Part shown: piece after piece, positions 59,969 through 64,000 of the stretch
Layout of the letters: every line of letters begins with the position of its first letter
Position numbering within the stretch: the first letter of the stretch is position 1
Assembly (NCBI GenBank): GCA_965221775.1
Contig: CBDCSU010000006.1
Span: forward strand, 832,001-896,000
Length of the DNA: 64,000 nt
DNA from: Candidatus Latescibacterota bacterium
GTDB taxonomy: Bacteria > Latescibacterota > UBA2968 > UBA8231
Direction of reading: 5' to 3'
Notes under the pieces: generated by a model
What the model was told of the DNA's origin: nothing
The model's input: the letters and a program-made list of their open reading frames with translations, nothing else
Database searches by the model: none
Made by a program: the position numbers and the translations under genes

Positions 59969-60196
59969 ATGAACAGACTCATCAAACCGCAGAAGCAGTC
60001 CTACGAGGGCGAAGACGCCCAGGTCCTGGCCTACTCCCGTCTCAGCGAGATGGCATGGGCCGCCAGCGTCTGCGCGGGCGCCATAGGCGCTGCGGGCTTG
60101 TTGGGCCTCGCCGTGCCGCCTCTCCTGGCGGCGGTGGGCGTGTCGTGTTTCATCCACTACGTCGTCTACTCGGCGGGCAGCAGGGGTTACCTCTGA
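59969..60196 (+). CDS. Putative RiPP precursor P2
   Basis: AAGGAG RBS. MNRLIKPQKQSYEGEDAQVLAY-SRLSEMAWAASVCAGAIGAAGLLGLAVPPLLAAVGVSCFIHYVVYSAGSRGYL. Confidence 0.85.
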   Translation: MNRLIKPQKQSYEGEDAQVLAYSRLSEMAWAASVCAGAIGAAGLLGLAVPPLLAAVGVSCFIHYVVYSAGSRGYL

Positions 60197-60331
60197 TCCT
60201 TCACCCCTGCATTGGCCCCACCCAATCGCGGCGTCGATAGGGCGCCGCAGTACTCACTGAGCCATCAAACCCCTTAGCGCCCCGTAGATGCCCCCATGGC
60301 TGGCGCCACATTTCCCGGAAGGAGATCCACC

Positions 60332-60547
60332 ATGAACAAGCTCGTCAAGCCGCAGAAGCAGTCCTACACCGGCGAGGACTCCCAGGTCCTTGCCTATTCC
60401 GATACCTGCGAGATGACATGGGCCACCGCCATCTGCACGGCCCGGCCCTGGTTTGGCCTCGGCCGGAGTCCTTTCATCGCCGCGACGGGAGTGACGTGCC
60501 TCCTTTTCTCCACAGTCTGTTCGGCGGTGCGCAACGCTTACATCTGA
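60332..60547 (+). CDS. Putative RiPP precursor P3
   Basis: AAGGAG RBS. MNKLVKPQKQSYTGEDSQVLAY-SDTCEMTWATAICTARPWFGLGRSPFIAATGVTCLLFSTVCSAVRNAYI. Confidence 0.85.
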   Translation: MNKLVKPQKQSYTGEDSQVLAYSDTCEMTWATAICTARPWFGLGRSPFIAATGVTCLLFSTVCSAVRNAYI

Positions 60548-60624
60548 TCCTGTCACCCCATCAAACCCCTTCAGCGCCCAGGGGCATCTACGAGGGCGCT
60601 ACACTCACCGGAAGGAGATCCGTC

Positions 60625-60846
60625 ATGGACAAACTCATCAAACCCCAGAAGCAGTGCTACACCGGCGAGGACGCCCAGGTCCTGGCCTATGCCCGTGACT
60701 GCGAGATTGCCTGGGGCGTCAGGACCTGCGTTGGCTTCACAACCATTGGATACGTGGTGACCGGGTCGCCTTGGGGTGCCGTGGCCGGTGCGCTCTTGGC
60801 CCTCGCTTACATCGTCTCCATGGCGTCGTACAACGGTCACATCTGA
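60625..60846 (+). CDS. Putative RiPP precursor P4
   Basis: AAGGAG RBS. MDKLIKPQKQCYTGEDAQVLAY-ARDCEIAWGVRTCVGFTTIGYVVTGSPWGAVAGALLALAYIVSMASYNGHI. Confidence 0.85.
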   Translation: MDKLIKPQKQCYTGEDAQVLAYARDCEIAWGVRTCVGFTTIGYVVTGSPWGAVAGALLALAYIVSMASYNGHI

Positions 60847-60945
60847 CCTTCCCCCCGGGGATTGCACCGCGTCTTGCTTGAGCGTCGACAAGACGTGTAG
60901 TACTCACTGACCGACCAAACCCTCAGCGCCCCGTAGATGCCCCCC

Positions 60946-62658
60946 ATGATCACAACACTCCTGTCGTCCCTGCCCCGGATTTCGGGAGCGTTCTCCTACG
61001 CGGTCCGGGTCGAAGCCCGCACCATGCGCCACGAGGCCCGGTCGAAGCCGGGGGACTTCTGGCCGGCCGCCGTCATCCACGCGGCGGCCGGAGGGTCCTT
61101 CCTGCTGGTTCTCTGGATCTCCCTCCACACCCTCAAGGGGATCCTCGGCGACGGGGACCCCGAGCTGTCCCTGGCCCTGGCCTCCGCGTTTCTCGCCTCC
61201 TACGCCTTCCTGTGGTTCTGCATCGCCATCGGCTTCGGCGGCGAGATCGTACCCATCTCCCGCCTGGAGAAGCTCGCCGTGCTTCGATGGACCCCGGGGC
61301 AGGCCTACGCCGCGGGCCAGGTGATGGCCGCGTTCCAACCCCTGCACCTGTTCTTCTCCCTGGCCTTCCTGACCACCGGGCTCACGCTCTTCCCGCCGGC
61401 CGGCGCCGCGTCCGTCCTGTTCACGTGCCTGGCCACGGGCGTGGCCGCGTTCGGCATGGTCGCCTGGATCCAGGGCACGCGCTGCGCCATCGAGCTGGTG
61501 TCGTGGAAGGGCGCGCTGTGGACACTCGCCCGAGTCCTGGGGGGCGGGGCGTTCCTGGCTCTCACCCTCCTCCTCGCCTGGTCCGTGGTGGGCGGCGACT
61601 GGATCGAGCGGCTTCGCGGGCTTCCGGGGTCCTGGTTCGAGATGGCGCCCACCAGCCAGTTGGCCCGCGCCTGTCAGCTGGCCGGGGAAGGAGGCCTCGC
61701 GGACCTGCCGGCGCCCCTGGCCCTGCTCGGCGCCTTCGCGGCGGCCGGCTTTCTCTTCGGCTGGCGCCTGACCCGCCGGCGGGTCTTCCTCGCGGGCGGG
61801 TCCCGCCTGGCCCCGGCCGGCCCGTGCGACCGGATCCCGGGCCTGGCCCGGTGGCTCGGGCGGGTCCTGCCGCCGCCCTATCCGAACCTGGTGGCCCGCG
61901 AGGTGCTGTCCACCCTCCGCTGGAGACAGATCTGGATACAGGCCGGGCTCGCCGCGGTATTTGCATGCTGCACGGCCATCCTTCCCGCCCTCGCCCTCTT
62001 TGCCGGCAAGGGGCGCGGCGACTTTCCCTACACCTGGCAGAACGTAATAGGGATCGCCTTGCTCGCCTTCTTCCAGAGCGGGACCGCCGCCAACCTGTTT
62101 TCGAGAGAGGGCCGGGGCGCCTGCGAGTACCTGCTCCTGCCCCTCGACGAGCGGCAGATCCTGGCGAGCAAGAACATCGCCTTCGCGGTGATCCAGTACG
62201 GGCTTACGGCCTTCTGCGCCCCGGCCCTCCTCTTCGTGTTCTGGTTCCACGATCTCCTCGGCGCCGGGTTCCAGGTCCTCGGGGCCGTGGTCCTGGCCCC
62301 CGTGGCGAGCGTCATCGCCGGCAACTATCTCTCGATCCTCAACCCCGCCAGGCAGCCCGCATCGAAGAAGGACCCGAGGGGCCATGTCCCGCGGAACAGC
62401 GGCCTCCTGCAGGCACTGGTGACGACTCTCCTCATCGCCGCGGCGGCCCTGTACTTCTCGATCGATTCCGAGTACCTGCGCCACGCGGCGGCGGCCTTCG
62501 GGATTCCCTCGATCGACTCCGGGTACCTGCGCTACGCGGCGGCCGCCTTCGGGGGCCTGGCCGCCGTGGCGCTGCCGGCGGGGTACGTCGTCGCCCTGCG
62601 CCACCAGACCCGGCTGCTCCGGCAACGCCGCCTCGCCGTGGCGGAAGTGTTCTCGTAA
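60946..62658 (+). CDS. ABC-2-type permease (export/immunity)
   Basis: Multi-TM protein with NLFSREG...YLLLPL...ILASKN pattern, adjacent to an ABC ATPase. Confidence 0.75.
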   Translation: MITTLLSSLPRISGAFSYAVRVEARTMRHEARSKPGDFWPAAVIHAAAGGSFLLVLWISLHTLKGILGDGDPELSLALASAFLASYAFLWFCIAIGFGGEIVPISRLEKLAVLRWTPGQAYAAGQVMAAFQPLHLFFSLAFLTTGLTLFPPAGAASVLFTCLATGVAAFGMVAWIQGTRCAIELVSWKGALWTLARVLGGGAFLALTLLLAWSVVGGDWIERLRGLPGSWFEMAPTSQLARACQLAGEGGLADLPAPLALLGAFAAAGFLFGWRLTRRRVFLAGGSRLAPAGPCDRIPGLARWLGRVLPPPYPNLVAREVLSTLRWRQIWIQAGLAAVFACCTAILPALALFAGKGRGDFPYTWQNVIGIALLAFFQSGTAANLFSREGRGACEYLLLPLDERQILASKNIAFAVIQYGLTAFCAPALLFVFWFHDLLGAGFQVLGAVVLAPVASVIAGNYLSILNPARQPASKKDPRGHVPRNSGLLQALVTTLLIAAAALYFSIDSEYLRHAAAAFGIPSIDSGYLRYAAAAFGGLAAVALPAGYVVALRHQTRLLRQRRLAVAEVFS

Positions 62659-62677
62659 CGGGAGACTGAGACCGACA

Positions 62678-63445
62678 ATGGAACCGACCGTGGAGCTGCA
62701 AGACCTGACCAAGCGCTACCGGTCCACCGTGGCCGTCCGTTCCCTCTCCCTGGGGGTGGAGCCGGGGGCGATCCTCGGTCTGGTGGGGCCGAACGGCGCC
62801 GGCAAGACGACGCTGCTCAACATGATGGCCGGGCTCCTGGAGCCGAGCGAGGGCACGGTGCGCCTCTTCGGACGCACCTACGCCGAGGCCGGCAACGACA
62901 TCCGCGCCCTGACCGGCGTCATGCGCGACGACCCGGGGCTCTACGAGAGCCTCACCGGGTCCGAGCACCTGAGCTTCACCGGCTCGGCGTACGGCCTCGA
63001 TCCCGCGGAGGTGGCGGAGCGGTCGCGCGAGGTGCTGGAGTTCATGGATCTCGAAGGCGCGGCCGGCGAGACCGCCGCCACCTACTCGGCGGGCATGAGG
63101 AAGAAGCTGGCCCTCGCCTGCATCCTCCTGCACCAGCCCCGCCTGGTCCTGCTCGACGAGCCCTTCGCCACCCTCGACCCGGAAGCCGCCCTCCAGGTGG
63201 AGGAGCTGCTCCGCAGGCTGTCGGCCGGCGGCGCCACCGTGGTCCTCAGCTCCCACGTCCTCGACCGCGTCGACCGGCTCTGCTCCGAGCTGGCCTTCAT
63301 CAACAAGGGAGAGCTGATCCTGCGGGGCCCGCCCGAGGAGCTGCGCGCCCGCGGCGCCGAGGGCAAGGAGGCCGGGAGTCTCGAGGAGCTGTACATGGAT
63401 CTGGTCGCCCCGGAGGGGGACCGGCGGAGGCTCTCGTGGTTGTGA
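62678..63445 (+). CDS. ABC transporter ATP-binding protein
   Basis: GPNGAGKT, YSAGMRKK, LLDEP, SSH. Confidence 0.95.
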   Translation: MEPTVELQDLTKRYRSTVAVRSLSLGVEPGAILGLVGPNGAGKTTLLNMMAGLLEPSEGTVRLFGRTYAEAGNDIRALTGVMRDDPGLYESLTGSEHLSFTGSAYGLDPAEVAERSREVLEFMDLEGAAGETAATYSAGMRKKLALACILLHQPRLVLLDEPFATLDPEAALQVEELLRRLSAGGATVVLSSHVLDRVDRLCSELAFINKGELILRGPPEELRARGAEGKEAGSLEELYMDLVAPEGDRRRLSWL

Positions 63446-64000
63446 GCCGGCCCGGCTGGCTCTCCCTCCGGCGCAGGAAACCGGCGGGGGGGTCCCTCCT
63501 CCTCTTTCTCTGGGGCTTCCTCAGGCCCTACCGGCTGCGCGCCGCCGAGGCCCTCGCCGCCATGGTCCTGGCGGCGGCCCTCACCGTGCCCCTGCCGCTG
63601 GTGACGATCTACCTCGTGGACGAGGTCTTCGCCGCCGGCTCGCGGCCCACGCTCCACGCCGTCTGCGCCGGGATCCTCGCCGTCTCGGTCCTCGGCACGC
63701 TCCTGAGCCTGCTGCAGGGCTACCTGCTCACCGTCTTCGCCCGGCGCGTGTTCTTCGACATGGAGATCACCCTCACCCGGCGCCTGCTGGCGCAGTCCGT
63801 CGGCTACTTCCGCAAGGCCGGCTCCGGCTACCTCGCCACCCGGGCCAGCGACGACGTGCGGCAGCTGGGGGCTCTCATGGCCGGGACCTGGATCCAGGCG
63901 ATGAACTCGGCCTTCGTCCTCGTCGCCGGCGCCGTGGTGATGATCGCCCTGAGCCCCGGCCTGGCCGCGATCCTGCTGGCCTTCGTCCCCGTCCTCGCCG
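63442..64000 (+). CDS. ABC exporter transmembrane domain (3' truncated), no N-terminal C39 domain
   Basis: Open frame from GTG 63442: FLRPYR...LPLVTIYLVDEVF...YFRKAGSGYLATRASDDV, typical of ABC_membrane exporters. Confidence 0.8.
   Translation, partial: MSRPGWLSLRRRKPAGGSLLLFLWGFLRPYRLRAAEALAAMVLAAALTVPLPLVTIYLVDEVFAAGSRPTLHAVCAGILAVSVLGTLLSLLQGYLLTVFARRVFFDMEITLTRRLLAQSVGYFRKAGSGYLATRASDDVRQLGALMAGTWIQAMNSAFVLVAGAVVMIALSPGLAAILLAFVPVLA

Larger units (their letters stand above)
59659..60945. repeat. Five copies of an intergenic GGGGCATCTACG(N)GGGCGCT motif in both orientations
   Basis: Forward at 59659, 59919 and 60581. Reverse at 60276 and 60925. Confidence 0.85.

Noticed and set aside
59927-60891. 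Repeated minus-strand small ORFs opposite the precursors
   Set aside because: They are mirror images of the plus-strand repeats. The RBS and codon pattern support the plus strand.
59659-60945. CRISPR array or integron attC interpretation of the periodic repeats
   Set aside because: The period is about 260-360 nt and the repeats include an RBS and coding leader. No cas or integrase genes are present and no attC core sites were recognised.

Overview
High-GC bacterial chromosomal window with no rRNA, tRNA, CRISPR array or transposase seen. The secreted proteins ending in SAVxPSSWGRIKASF, the Sel1/TPR proteins and the class I LysRS are suggestive of an uncultured FCB-group organism such as Latescibacterota; this is inference only. 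Most of 1-53.5 kb is housekeeping and catabolic: comEC, fxsA, yhbY, lysS, infA, zapA, trxB, rsfS, mtnA, mltD-mreD-mrdA-rodA, oxidoreductases and a sodium:solute symporter. Small accessory inserts are scattered among these genes. The standout is a co-directional cluster from about 53.5 kb to beyond 64 kb that looks like an undescribed RiPP system. It has four tandem precursor peptides with a near-invariant 22-aa leader (MN/DxLI/VKPQKQSYxGEDAQVLAY) and hypervariable hydrophobic Cys-patterned cores, one with an exact glycocin-like (C-X6-C)2 layout. It also has two GT4 glycosyltransferases, a stand-alone papain-like BtrH_N protein, a TPR protein, a sugar-binding-like domain, two ABC systems and two duplicated sigma54-type promoters. 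Secondary finds are a candidate structured ncRNA (26.4-26.5 kb), an attenuator-like infA leader, a shared LexA-like box in front of a radical SAM gene and an unannotated 50-aa ORF, and a small insert flanked by a duplicated gene 3' end. All product calls come from motif recognition by eye, with no database search.
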